From an uncultured Gemmatimonadales bacterium (GTDB lineage: Bacteria > Gemmatimonadota > Gemmatimonadetes > Longimicrobiales > RSA9): 64,000 nt of DNA. The position numbers and the translations under genes are program-made. The notes below the pieces were generated by a model. The model was not told the DNA's origin. It searched no databases and saw only the letters and a program-made list of their open reading frames with translations. Below are positions 19,617 to 30,736 of this stretch, one piece after another. The DNA is taken from contig CAWCRS010000002.1 in NCBI GenBank assembly GCA_963798085.1, forward strand, positions 320,001-384,000, given 5' to 3'. The first letter of the stretch is position 1. Every line of letters begins with the position of its first letter.

Positions 19617-20150
19617 TCAGCGAACGCGCGGGTTCATTGGCGCGAACACGCCATCGGGGTTGAAGCGCCAGACCCAGGCATGCAGCGTCCAGAGGCCAAA
19701 CGTCGTGTTGTGATCCCACTTGTCCTGGTTGCCGACGAAGCCATCGGGCGCGTGCGCGACCAGCTGCAGCGGCACCACGTACTCGACCGCGACCCGCTCG
19801 GGATGGCGGCCCGGCGTGTATACGAGCAGTTCCGGATGCTCCAGATCGAACCTGGCATCGAGCACACTGGCGCGCATGAAGTGCTGTCCCATGTCAGGCA
19901 GCACGACGTGAATGTCCGCCTATCCGTCCTGCACCGCCTTCTCGATGTCCTTGTAGCGCGCGGTGGCGCTGCGCACACGCTCGAGCTGCTCTTCCAGCCG
20001 GCGATCGGTGACGCCCGGGTCGTTGTTATCGGGCACGCGGTCCGCTGCGGGCGCGGTGGGAGTGTCGGGCAGCGTCGTCGCGGGCTCGGCCTGCGCACAG
20101 GCAGCCAGCGCCAGCACCATGCCGGCGGTCTTCCAGATCCTGTGGGTCAT
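19617..20150 (-). pseudogene. Lipoprotein interrupted by one in-frame TAG
   Basis: ORFs 19920-20150 and 19617-19904 share a frame: LAAC...ATARYKDIEKAVQDG*ADIHVVLPDMGQHF...PELLVY...AVEY...WTLHAWVW..NPDGVF. Confidence 0.7.
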
Positions 20151-20339
20151 GGCAGTTCCTCAACTCACTGTTGGCGTATGATCGGGGGAACGACGAGCGC
20201 CGTCCGGCCTCGCGTCCTTCTTCTCGACGCGGCATGGGAAAGCGCCTCGCATGAAGGTTCGTTCTTGCCGCGAGGGAATGATGGCGCGGGCAGAGGGGCG
20301 CCCGCATCGGCGGTTCTGCCTGTTCTGGCGAGGTGTGCG

Positions 20340-21343
20340 GCCGATCTTCGTCGCCGCTGTCGGCAAGTGCCGTCGCGTGTTCGTACGGGCAGCCCACGCG
20401 TTCCCAGGCGAGCGCGCCGCCGCGCCAGTCGCCGCTGATCTGCCTGGCATACGGCTCGGCAATGTGCCGGGCGGCAACTTCGAGCGCCCCTGCCCGCCAC
20501 AGCCAGAAGAACACCTCGCCCCGTTCCCACGGATCTCCCAAACGGATCGTTAGATCGATCCAGGCAGGCCGCGCGCGCTGTTGCTTCCGCATCACCGGCC
20601 AGCCAGGCCGCCTCCGCCCCGCGCCGCGGCAACCGGCGCAATGCGCTGCACTTCGCCGGTCGGCAGCGCCAGATCGAGGGCTTCGTCGAGGAGCGCGCTG
20701 ACATGCTGAAACTGGAATCGGCTTCGAGCAGCACCGCGAGCACGCGACGATGCAGCTCCTGGCGCCGTGCGGTTGGCAGCGAATCCTCCACGGCACGCCT
20801 CGCAAGCTCGTGCCGGAACGCGACACCTCCGTCCTCCAGGCGCACCATGCCCACCGAAGAACGGGTTGCCCGCCGTGGCGGCGTGAATGCTCTCGGCGGA
20901 ACGGCCCGTGCCCCGTGTCAGTGTTGCAACGGCAGCCTCGGACAGCGCCGGAAGATGCGTGCGGATCGTCGCTGCGGAAGGGAGATAGCCCAGCGCCACA
21001 CGCAACGGATGGTCGGTCGCAACTTCGTCATCACGGTATGTGGCAATGGGCAGGCATGCCGTGCGCTGAATGCGGCGCCCGGCAAAGCGCAGCAGATCCA
21101 GCGTGGCACCGTCCGCCCAGTGCATGTCTTCCAGCACGACAGTCGTCGGCGAGCAGCGTTCCAGCTCCGCCTGGAATGCGTCGAACACGCGCTCGCGGGC
21201 GGCCGCGCCGCACGCGCCAGCGCCTCGCTCAGGGTGTCAAGAAACGGCTCGCGCTCGAGCAGCTGCGCCAACGAGCGCGTTCGTCCGCCAATGCCTGAAT
21301 GTGCATCGCGTCCAGAGCGGTTGATCGCGGCAGGATTCGACAT
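20340..21343 (-). pseudogene. Decayed AAA-ATPase/LuxR-type regulator
   Basis: Fragments in several frames: LLERE, VVLEDMHWADGATLDLL, TYRDDE, GNPFF, FRHELAR, EAAWLAGD, GCPYE; Walker A and HTH not seen. Confidence 0.75.
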
Positions 21344-21815
21344 CGTTTCTCACTCGCACGCGGCCTCGGGGGTTATGGTCTCTGCCGCGTCGCAACCGAC
21401 CACCACAAAACCGGTACAGCCAAATTCAAACGCGCAGGCACGGGTTCCGCTGCGACCGGCACGCATTGGCGCGCGCGAATCTGAAAACCTGCGCCGCGGA
21501 ATGCGATCCGTGGAAATACACGGAGGCCAATGCGTGCTCACACGACAATGCGGCCCCGTGCTGTGCAGGCGTGTCGCCACCCATGGCAATACCGGCGTTT
21601 CACAGCATCAAGCGTACCCCTCCATCGGCACAGGCCATGAGTCGGACTGGCCCGGCAGCGCCTGCATCACATGTCGCTTCGCTGCCTGTGCTCGCGCCTG
21701 AACTGGATGGCCGACGGCTGCTTCGACCGGAAACGAGTTCCGGAATGCACACACGGCTGCCACTCCGCGCCCGCGCGCGTGGAACGGCTCGAGCACTCAT
21801 GCGCTGGAGGATCCA

Positions 21816-22367
21816 ATGACACGTAAATCGCTGTTGCCCCTGGCCACGTTGACCCTGTTCGCCGCGGCCTGCGCACCCGGCGTTACCGTGCACAACGACT
21901 TCGACCACGATGTCGCCTTTGCACAGCTGCACACCTTCGACTGGGCGCCGGCGCCCGGGCGCTCCACAACGGGTGACCCGCGCACCACCAATCCGTTTCT
22001 GGAGCGGCGCATCCGGCAGGCGATCGAAGCGAACCTGCAGGAACACGGCTACCGCAAAGCCACCGATGCAGCGCCCGACCTGCTCATCGCGTACTACGCG
22101 GCCGTCGAAGCCAAACTGGACGTTAGCACGGTCGATCAGTACTACGGCTGGCGCGGACCCTGGACGCGCACGGCGACCGAAGTCCATCAGTACGACGAAG
22201 GCACCCTCGTCATCGACATCGCCGATGCGCGAACCCGTCGCGCGATCTGGCGAGGCTGGGGCCAGGGCGCGGTCACCCGCTCCAGCAACCCGGCCACCAA
22301 CGAACAGCGGTTGCGCCACGCGGTCGACAGGATCCTGGCCAGCTTTCCCGCCTCAGCGGGCAACTGA
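21816..22367 (+). CDS. DUF4136-like lipoprotein
   Basis: Lipobox AAAC; 'YDEGTLVIDIADARTRRAIWRG'. Confidence 0.8.
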   Translation: MTRKSLLPLATLTLFAAACAPGVTVHNDFDHDVAFAQLHTFDWAPAPGRSTTGDPRTTNPFLERRIRQAIEANLQEHGYRKATDAAPDLLIAYYAAVEAKLDVSTVDQYYGWRGPWTRTATEVHQYDEGTLVIDIADARTRRAIWRGWGQGAVTRSSNPATNEQRLRHAVDRILASFPASAGN

Positions 22368-22692
22368 GCCCGCGATCACTCAAGCGCTGGCAGTCGCCGG
22401 CCCGGTCGCTTGCGCCACCGCCACGCGTCGGTGGTGCGATCGGGCCGGCAGCACCGCATTGCGCCGCCGGTCGCCGCCCTGCAGGCGCACCGCCATCCGT
22501 CCCCGTCGCGGCTGCCCGTGAGCGCATCACGCTGTGCGACACGCTCGTCCCAGAGCAGTGCCCCCCTCCGCCAACTATTCTCAACTTGGTAATACTCGAC
22601 GATCGCCGTCGATGCGGACGCCGCTTGCGCGCAGGCAGGACGCGCTACGCTGCGCCGCTGACGGGGCCGACATGCAGCATGGGGAGGAAGCC

Positions 22693-23310
22693 GTGCGTGA
22701 GCGTTTCTGTGTTGTGGCCGTTGCTCTGCTGGCGTTGGGCGCAGGTTCGGCGGCGGGCCAGGGCGGGAATCCACCGCCGCCCGCGCCGCGGGCGGTCCAG
22801 CTGCCGGACACGATGGGCGCCAACTTCGCGATCGCGGATTCTGCGACGGCCACGAGCAGTCCGGGGGATTTCGATTTCCTGATTGGTGTCTGGCACTTCA
22901 CTTTTCAGCAGCGGCGGCCGGACGGCCTGTTCAATCCGCCGTTCAAGGGTCACTGGGTGTTCGATAAGAAGCGCGCCAACGGTGCCATGATCGAGGATCA
23001 CTGGCGGGCGGATGCAGCCGGGCAGACGTATGACAGCGGCACCTGGACGTATCGGACATTCAATCCGCAGCGGAAGTTGTGGGAGATGGAGGGTGTGAAC
23101 ACGGCGGGCGGCGCGTGGGCGCCGGGTCTGATGTGGTCGGACAGCAGCAGCCGTTATCTGGTGCAGCACTATGGCAGCACCATGGTTCGCTTCCGATATT
23201 TCGCCATCACGCCCGACCATTTTCTCTGGCGCGCCGACCAGAGCGCGGATGGCGGCAAGACCTGGCTCCGCGACTGGTGGACCATGGACGTGACCCGCAT
23301 CGCGAAGTAG
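22693..23310 (+). CDS. Secreted hypothetical protein (DUF1579-like)
   Basis: Signal peptide; 'DFDFLIGVW', 'SADGGKTW..DWWTM'. Confidence 0.65.
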   Translation: MRERFCVVAVALLALGAGSAAGQGGNPPPPAPRAVQLPDTMGANFAIADSATATSSPGDFDFLIGVWHFTFQQRRPDGLFNPPFKGHWVFDKKRANGAMIEDHWRADAAGQTYDSGTWTYRTFNPQRKLWEMEGVNTAGGAWAPGLMWSDSSSRYLVQHYGSTMVRFRYFAITPDHFLWRADQSADGGKTWLRDWWTMDVTRIAK

Positions 23311-23476
23311 CCCCGCATTCTCGCGTCGCGGCGCGCCGGCCGGCGGTGACGGTTTCCGCTGCGCTTTGACGCACTGCCAGTCGGGAGCCAGTCCGCGAGC
23401 GTTCGTCAGTCCGACGCACGCTCGCGGCGCGTGCGCCGTTTGCGGCGAAGGCTCATGGAACTGCGAGGGAGGCGGC

Positions 23477-23947
23477 ATGCGTTCAGCGCGAATCGTCACC
23501 GGTCTCATTGCGCTGGTGCTGGCGGCAGGCTGCAGCTCGGGCGATGGGGTCAGCGATCCGGCCAAGGACCTCGCCGTCGGCACCATCGTCGGCACGATTG
23601 ACGGAACGAGCTGGAGTACCAGCAATGCGATCGCTATTTACGCGGGCGGGCGGCTGGTCGCCGCGGGCACGGGAAGCCAGAACCTGACTTTCGGCCTTGG
23701 TGTCGGCGCTCTCTCGCCGGGAACGTACACGACTGGCGGCAGTGGCAGCGCATCGGCATCGATCGCGGATGGCAGCGGCTCGGTGTGGGAGGCTGCGGCA
23801 GCGGGCGGCAGTGGCACACTGACCATCACGAGTTCCGGCTCGAATGAAGTCGCCGGCACTTTCTCCTTCACGCTGGTGCGCACCGGTGGATCGGGCACGC
23901 CAACGACCCGAGCCATCACGAGCGGCCGCTTTCACCTCCGCTACTGA
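23477..23947 (+). CDS. Gly/Ser/Thr-rich beta-strand lipoprotein
   Basis: LAAGC lipobox; 'GTLTITS...VAGTFSFT...ITSGRF'. Confidence 0.7.
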   Translation: MRSARIVTGLIALVLAAGCSSGDGVSDPAKDLAVGTIVGTIDGTSWSTSNAIAIYAGGRLVAAGTGSQNLTFGLGVGALSPGTYTTGGSGSASASIADGSGSVWEAAAAGGSGTLTITSSGSNEVAGTFSFTLVRTGGSGTPTTRAITSGRFHLRY

Positions 23948-24084
23948 AGGGCACGTCCGGTCCTGTCGACAGCCACCAGCACAGCAGCGCGCTGCTGACA
24001 ACCGGTGTCAGCACGACCAGCCCGGCGTGATTGTCATTGCCTCCACCCCGTCGCTAACACGAGGCTTTCCGCTGACGTGTGGAC

Positions 24085-24639
24085 TCACGACGTGGCGGAT
24101 ACCCGCTTCGCCATGAGAATGTCGTGGCGGCCGGGCCCATCGACATCCGGGAAGATGCCCGTCACCGCGTAACCCAGTCGCTGGTAGAACGTGTACGCGT
24201 GACCGGACGCGGGCTCGAGTTCCTGCAGGCGCTCGAGCACGCGCGGATAGAGGTCGACACCGAAGAGGTTCGTGCCGCCATAGTCGTCATCCGCCCCGAG
24301 CCACATGGTCAGAACGCCCTCCGCACGCGCGGCGTCTTCCAGCGCGCCGACGAGCCGCGTGCCCCAGCCGCAACGCTGATGCGGCGGATCCACGACGAGG
24401 GGATGCAGTTCCCAGGCAAACGACGACTGGCGGATCGCGCCGATCCAGCCGCGGAGTTCGCCGTCCTGAACCGCGGCCAAGCCGATGCGGTCCGCAGCGC
24501 CGAGGAACAGCCCGACCTCGGCGCGGGCACTTTCGACCGAGTGCCATGCGCAGGGAACGTGAGCCAGCGCATCCCGGAGAATGACGGCTGCCTGCTCGAC
24601 CAGGGAGGCCGGCAACGTGTGAAAGCCAACGATCGCCAT
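24085..24639 (-). CDS. GNAT acetyltransferase resembling the AAC(6')-Ia/Ii family
   Basis: GWIG, WELHPLVV, TMWLGADD, DLY, GHAYTFYQRLGY, PDVDGPGRHDILMAK. Confidence 0.8.
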   Translation of the reverse strand: MAIVGFHTLPASLVEQAAVILRDALAHVPCAWHSVESARAEVGLFLGAADRIGLAAVQDGELRGWIGAIRQSSFAWELHPLVVDPPHQRCGWGTRLVGALEDAARAEGVLTMWLGADDDYGGTNLFGVDLYPRVLERLQELEPASGHAYTFYQRLGYAVTGIFPDVDGPGRHDILMAKRVSATS

Positions 24640-24805
24640 GGGCAAAAGGCTACAGCGGGGAAGCAGCCCGTGCAACAGCATTGTTCGTGACGGTCTGACT
24701 GCCTTGGGGCGGGCCTTGTGTCTGCTGCCGGCCCGCGGTGCCGGCCAGCACCCTCGACTGGCACGTTCATAACGGATGGTTAGGCAGGCGATCTGGCGGC
24801 TGCGG

Positions 24806-25393
24806 TCAGGGCGACCCGCGCATCTGGACGCCTTGCGTTTTCAGGAATTCGCGCCACTTCGCGGCCCGCTGCGCGGGCGTCATCGACAGCGCTGTCCGCC
24901 ACGCCGACGCGTAGTCGTACAGTCCCTTGCGCGCGCTCTCCACCCGGATTTCCTTGTCGGCGAAGGACTGGCCATAGAGCCGGACCCACGCGTCGTAGAG
25001 ATACAGGAACAGCACCGGGTGGTCGTCCTCGCCTTTGCGGAAGAATCGCCCTTCCAGCCTGTGCCCGAGCTCGTGCATCATTGCCGCTTTCCTGTCGTCA
25101 GGCGAATAGCTGGCGCGCAGCCGCATGGGGATATCGCGGAACCCCGACGAACTTGCCCCTTCGAACACGATGGCCTGAATGTCATTCTCCTCGAAGTGCA
25201 GGCCACTCACCGCTTCCAGAGCGTCGGTAATGCGGTCGCCTTCTGCTTCCCAGAAGCGTCGGTACTCGTCGGCGGCAGGCGCAAAACGTGTCGACTCGGG
25301 TGTGAACGTGATCCGGAGTCTCGGCGTTTGCGCCTCTGCCCGCAGCGCGCATGACAGACTCACCGCTGCAACCAGCATCAACTCCCATCGCAT
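24806..25393 (-). CDS. Secreted hypothetical protein with HExxH motif
   Basis: Signal peptide; MHELGH. Confidence 0.6.
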   Translation of the reverse strand: MRWELMLVAAVSLSCALRAEAQTPRLRITFTPESTRFAPAADEYRRFWEAEGDRITDALEAVSGLHFEENDIQAIVFEGASSSGFRDIPMRLRASYSPDDRKAAMMHELGHRLEGRFFRKGEDDHPVLFLYLYDAWVRLYGQSFADKEIRVESARKGLYDYASAWRTALSMTPAQRAAKWREFLKTQGVQMRGSP

Positions 25394-25526
25394 GAGTGCC
25401 TCCGCCGAAGATCGAAGTGCCCTTTTGCAGGGCTGCCCGTATCCCTTCGACGTGCGGACGCGAGGAAGCGTTACCGAATCACGGAAATGGCTCGAGGCAG
25501 GGCGTGCTGCTGTCTGCGCAGGATGC

Positions 25527-26463
25527 TCAACGGGATCGCGACCCGCCCCGGCCACGGCCGCGGGCTCCGGGACGCGGCGGCTCCAGCCCGCTGCGCACAT
25601 CCTGCAACGTTCCTTCGACGAGCTGGCCCTTGAAGCAACCGAGCGTGTACGGATACTCGCGTGTGATGCGGTACGCATACGCGTACGTCCGTCCCTCGAC
25701 CGTCACCCGTTCGGCGCGTCCATGACACGCGTCCAGATCGGCGTTGCTGAGCCGTGCGCCTTGCGCGTCCTTCATGCCCAGAATGGGAAAGCCGTCGAGG
25801 GCCCAGCCCACTGTCTGGTTTGCGTCGACGCCCGGTATGCAGGGTGACCCGTTGTGGTAGTGGTACTGCGAGTTGGCCTGCGGGTGGCCATCGCAGAGAT
25901 CCTGAATCTCATGCGCTGCCGCGTCCCGCCCCGCCGCATCGAGTGCGTTGTACAGCGCGACTCCGGTCACAGTGAAGCCGATCATGCCCATGGGCAGACA
26001 GCCGGGTTCCGCGGCGAAGGTCGGATGGGCGGGGATGGCGAAGCGCAGATGCTGCGCGGCGATCCGGTTCGGATTCGTGTCGTACCGGTAGACAGAATCG
26101 ACCCGCGCGATCGGGAAGATTCCCGTCGGCTCGTGTACGGGCAGGCCGTTCCCCGTGAAGGCGAGTTCGTTCGTGTCCGGCATCAATGTGAAAGCCGCAT
26201 TCGGGCCACAGCACGCTGCCCGCGACATGCGGCTTCTCCGCAGGATTCCAGGTTTCGCCGTGGAACCAGGGACCGTCATGACGGGCGCCACCACCGCGGA
26301 ATGTGGAGTTGCAGGCATACACGTTGCCAGCTGCGGGGTCGTGGGTCACCCGCCCATCGCCGACAGGCAGTTCCTGTGCGCGTGCAGCTCCCGCCATGAC
26401 AAATGCGAGAAGCGCCGCCGACATGATGTTCCCGACCCTTGCGGCCGACAACTGTATCTTCAT
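25527..26463 (-). pseudogene. YHYH-domain secreted protein, frameshifted near 26190
   Basis: N-half in ORF 25909-26640; C-half has 'DLCDGHP...YHYH', 'GWALDGFPI', 'DLDACHG'. Confidence 0.75.
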
Positions 26464-26695
26464 CAGCCTCCCCTTGCCGAACGAAGCAGGCTGCAGCCAA
26501 CCCATCTCTGACGAAGGGACGCCACCGGACGCAGGTTCGTTAGACCGTGTTAGACCCCCGCTTGCGCTGAACGGCTCGCACCAATCGGGTGGCGAGCACA
26601 ACGCGAGCTGGCTGGCCAGGGCTCTCGCGTGCGCACCCATGAGCGGACGCGTAGAATGGAGGCAGGATCCCGCACCTGATCACGGAGGAAGATCG

Positions 26696-27118
26696 ATGGG
26701 CGCGACTTCGCAAGGGTACAAAGCCACCAGCGGTAACTGGAAGGCCTACAAGAATGCGACGGGAACCGTGACGTCCACCGGGAAGTCGGCCGAATCACAC
26801 GCCGAGCGCCTGGCGTATACGGGCTTCGGCAACATCCAGGACAACCCGCTCCTTCTGGTGCAGGACGCCTTCCCCTGCTTCGACAAGTGCCACGCGTTCT
26901 TCAAGAACCTGTCCAAGGCCGGCAAGAGTGTCATTATCAAGGTCACCGCGGACAACACCTACGACGCCGCCAGCTACGCCGCCGATGGACTGATCACGAA
27001 GCCCTACGCCTTCCCGTACTATATCTACTACCACGGCGGCGCGGCCACGATTTCCAACGCGTCACCGCCGGTGTCGCCGGGCGGTTTTCCGGTGCATCCA
27101 GCGCCCATGGCGGTGTGA
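26696..27118 (+). CDS. Small putative zinc-dependent deaminase-fold protein (140 aa)
   Basis: SHAE...FPCFDKC motif pair; RBS GGAGG; C-ending codon bias. Confidence 0.6.
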   Translation: MGATSQGYKATSGNWKAYKNATGTVTSTGKSAESHAERLAYTGFGNIQDNPLLLVQDAFPCFDKCHAFFKNLSKAGKSVIIKVTADNTYDAASYAADGLITKPYAFPYYIYYHGGAATISNASPPVSPGGFPVHPAPMAV

Positions 27119-27155
27119 CGCTGCGGTTTTCTGCGATGTGCTGTCGAACCATGGC

Positions 27156-27869
27156 CTAGCTTCCATCCGAGGGCAGCTCGCGGGGTGGTGTTGCCGTGCG
27201 CAGCGCAAGTCTCGCGACAATGCCTTCCATTTGACTGCGACGGGTGCGCACCCAGCGCGGCAGGCGCATGGCGCCCATTCCGAACGTGCCGAGGCCGATC
27301 AGCCCGAGGCTGCCCAAGGCGCTGATATCGACGGCACCGGTTCTCGCCAGTGCGGCCACTGCAGTGACTGCGGCCATGCCAACGAAAGCGAGCCCCACCG
27401 TCATCAGGCGCTGCGAATCACCCTTGACTGTCCTCAGCCGGAGCCGTTGTTGTCCACCGGCCGTCGGCTCGAGCAATGCCTGCAGATTTCCGTTCGTCCA
27501 CTGGCGGAAGGATCCTTCCGCGCTGACGCGACCACGCGCGTCGAATGTCTCGCGCAGATCAACGACCAGCTGCTCCCATTCCTCTTCCGACAACCGGCGC
27601 CCCAGTTCGATGGTGCGACCCACACCGATCGGCATGCCCAGGAAGCGGCGCCCTGCCGGTTCTGCGGTTCGATCCAGCGATCGCGCGGCGTCCGCAACCG
27701 CATCGGCGGAGAGGCCGACCTCGCGTCCAATGTCCTGCAGATCAGCCAGCGTCATACCGGACCCCGATGTCACCTGGCGCCGGCCGACCTTGTCGCTGTC
27801 CGCAGCACGACCGAAGATCTCGGCCGCTTCGCCTTCACTGTAGCGTCGCTCGCTCATGTCAGCCGCCAT
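27156..27869 (-). CDS. Hypothetical membrane protein
   Basis: 'RRYSEGEAAEIF', 'MTLADLQDIGREVGL'; two C-terminal TM helices. Confidence 0.7.
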   Translation of the reverse strand: MAADMSERRYSEGEAAEIFGRAADSDKVGRRQVTSGSGMTLADLQDIGREVGLSADAVADAARSLDRTAEPAGRRFLGMPIGVGRTIELGRRLSEEEWEQLVVDLRETFDARGRVSAEGSFRQWTNGNLQALLEPTAGGQQRLRLRTVKGDSQRLMTVGLAFVGMAAVTAVAALARTGAVDISALGSLGLIGLGTFGMGAMRLPRWVRTRRSQMEGIVARLALRTATPPRELPSDGS

Positions 27870-28385
27870 TGCGCGCCTGCATGTCCGTGGCGTTCACCGC
27901 GCAGCCCGTCACCGGTGAAACGTGTCCCGGAAATCTAGTCGAACGGAACGGCTCTGAGAACGCCCTGCCGCATACCCTCCCCCTGAACGGGCTGGACGAC
28001 GACGCCTGACCATGCCGCTGCCGGCGCGCCGGCACTGCGTTTCGTGCCACGGTCCGCACCGCAGCACTGTGCTGCGCACGGAGGACGCCGGCCGAACACG
28101 CTCCACACCCGGCTGCTCACGCCGCCCTCGCCTAACCCCTGGTTATATCCGCGTGCGGATCGCCGGACCTGTGATGCTTGCGAGTGCGATGTGGAGCCGT
28201 CGTCGCCCTGAGCACTGCCGGGCGGTGAGAAGAAAACGGCCGACGCTGCGTGACACGAGTCGCCGGTCACGCAGTGGGGCCAGTCGTTCCCGCCGCTGCG
28301 CCGGCCGCACCGGGCCGGTTGCGGGCGCTCACGGCAGAGCACCGCCGGACGGACGTGACCCTGAGATCAGGAGGATAGCACCAGG

Positions 28386-29042
28386 ATGCGCAGCGTATTC
28401 GCAGCCGCCGCTGCAGCTCTGCTCATTGTTGTTCCCGGCGCGCAGGCACAGCGCACCGACCACCGCCCGGCCAACTGGGTGCCGCAGACTCTGGGACTCT
28501 CGCTGGGCGCGAACCCGATGATCGCGACTGGACTCACGATCGCAGGTCCGGGCATGCGCGGAGAGCTCAAGACCAACATGGGTGAGGGCGCGGGCGTGCA
28601 GGTGGCCTGCGGCTTCACACCACAGTTCACCGTGTTCGCCAGCGCCGGCGTGGCCAAACAGGCAACAGACATGGACGGCTTCGACGGCAGCACGGGCCTC
28701 GCCCACCTCGAAGTGGGCGGTCGCATGAATTTCCCGCAGCCGGGGAAGCGCACGGTGCCTGCATCACGGCGCTCTACGGCAAGTGCGGCCTGGGGGCGCG
28801 CTCCACCGGCGGCGGGGTGTCCGCGACCATGCATATCACCGGTACCGAGCCGGGCGCGGGCGGGGGCGGGGGGCATCCTGTACGCGCTCTCGCCCGTGCT
28901 CTCGCTGGACGCGGGCGTGATCGGCAGCCGCGGCAAGTTCACGAACATCACGGTCACCGGTGACGTGCACAGCGACGGCCCCATTGATGTCGACAATACC
29001 ACCAGCCTCCGCCTCAAGGTTGGTTTCCTCTGGCACCCGTGA
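28386..29042 (+). CDS. Outer-membrane beta-barrel-like protein, probably with internal compensating frameshifts
   Basis: Signal peptide; amphipathic strands ending 'LKVGFLWHP'; garbled middle segment. Confidence 0.55.
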   Translation: MRSVFAAAAAALLIVVPGAQAQRTDHRPANWVPQTLGLSLGANPMIATGLTIAGPGMRGELKTNMGEGAGVQVACGFTPQFTVFASAGVAKQATDMDGFDGSTGLAHLEVGGRMNFPQPGKRTVPASRRSTASAAWGRAPPAAGCPRPCISPVPSRARAGAGGILYALSPVLSLDAGVIGSRGKFTNITVTGDVHSDGPIDVDNTTSLRLKVGFLWHP

Positions 29043-29507
29043 TGCCGGAGCCCCTCTAACTACCTGTTGGAAACCGGCGGAGGATCACGATGACACGCAA
29101 CGCAATGCTGATCCTGGCGGCCGCGCTCGCGGCCGCGCTGTACGTGGATGATCGCGTTCCCGGCTTGGGGCCGGCGCTCACGTTCTCCAGCTGAACATGG
29201 CGGATATCGACGCGAGCAAGACGCCAACCGCACGCCCGCAGCCGCGCGAGCGTGGCTTCGCCAGCTTCAACGATGCCGTCAAGGTGCGGGGCGCGTCGAC
29301 GGCCTGTTTCCGGATCAGTGGTGCGGGCCGGCCGGCCACGGCGATCCGCGCCAGTGACGTCGGTGGCGCAAACCTTCCCGGGACCATGCGCCTGTGGATT
29401 CTTCGCCTGCAGTGAGCCACCGGCGGGAGCCGCGCGCGTCCGCGGCTCCCGCTGCTGCACGCTTCAGCACAACCGGTCGAGTTCCCGCACGATTCAGCAT
29501 GCTTGCC

Positions 29508-29970
29508 TCAACCAGCCTCGACGAGTGCTGCGAGTTTGGCAAGTGACGAATGCCAGCCCGCCTCGTTATCCGAGGGCGGCACGCCCGGCGGGACGCCGTC
29601 GTGCACCGCCACGAGATCCGTGCCGCCGCCACCGGCATCCGTCAGCGTGAACGTGATCGTCATCGCGCCGCGCAGGGCGGGGTCCGTCGTCTCGAACTCG
29701 ACCACCTCGATCACCTGCTCGTCCGGCACCAGCCGCACGAAATGGCCGTGATACGTGTCCGTGTGTGCGCTCGTCTTCCCGGTACCGGTCGGCGTGTCGT
29801 ACGTGAGGGAAACGCGGAACACGCCGCCCTCCCGGGCATTCGAACGCGTGCACCTGGCTGGTCATGCCTGCCGGTACCATCCAGTTCGCGACCGCGCGCG
29901 CATTGATAAGCGCACGATAGACCGTCGCGCGCGGCGCGTTCATATGGCAGCTGATGCGCGAAGAACTCAT
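29508..29970 (-). pseudogene. SRPBCC/AHSA1 domain protein, frameshifted near 29840
   Basis: 'APRATVYRAL...WMVP.GMT' then 'FRVSLTYD...GHFVRLVPDEQV...NEAGW..SLAKLAALVE'. Confidence 0.8.
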
Positions 29971-30020
29971 GCCCGACCCTGCCTGTGAAGTGGTGCTCGT
30001 ACAGCGCCGGAGCCACCAGC

Positions 30021-30404
<384 letters not shown>

Positions 30405-30736
30405 GATTTGTGAGATTCAGAGGGTGGCCGTATTGCGTGAACGGTACGCAGAACAGCAACGCGCTTCGGCCGCGAGATGACGTGCAGCGCCGCGCGGCCC
30501 CGCGCATCGACCTGCGTCGACAAACGATACTTCGTCCTGTCGGCCCGAACAAGGAAGTGGCGCACCGCAGCCGATCGAGGCGCAGATGAGTCGCCCGCCT
30601 CTGAGACCCGACCGAATGCAGCGCGCGAGTCGTGTACTGCGCTGGCACCCTCCCGTGTAACGTCCGCTGAACGCGAATGGACTGACAGGAACAGCATCCG
30701 GCTCGCTCGTACGAAGCGCCGGCTGCCGCCAACCGC

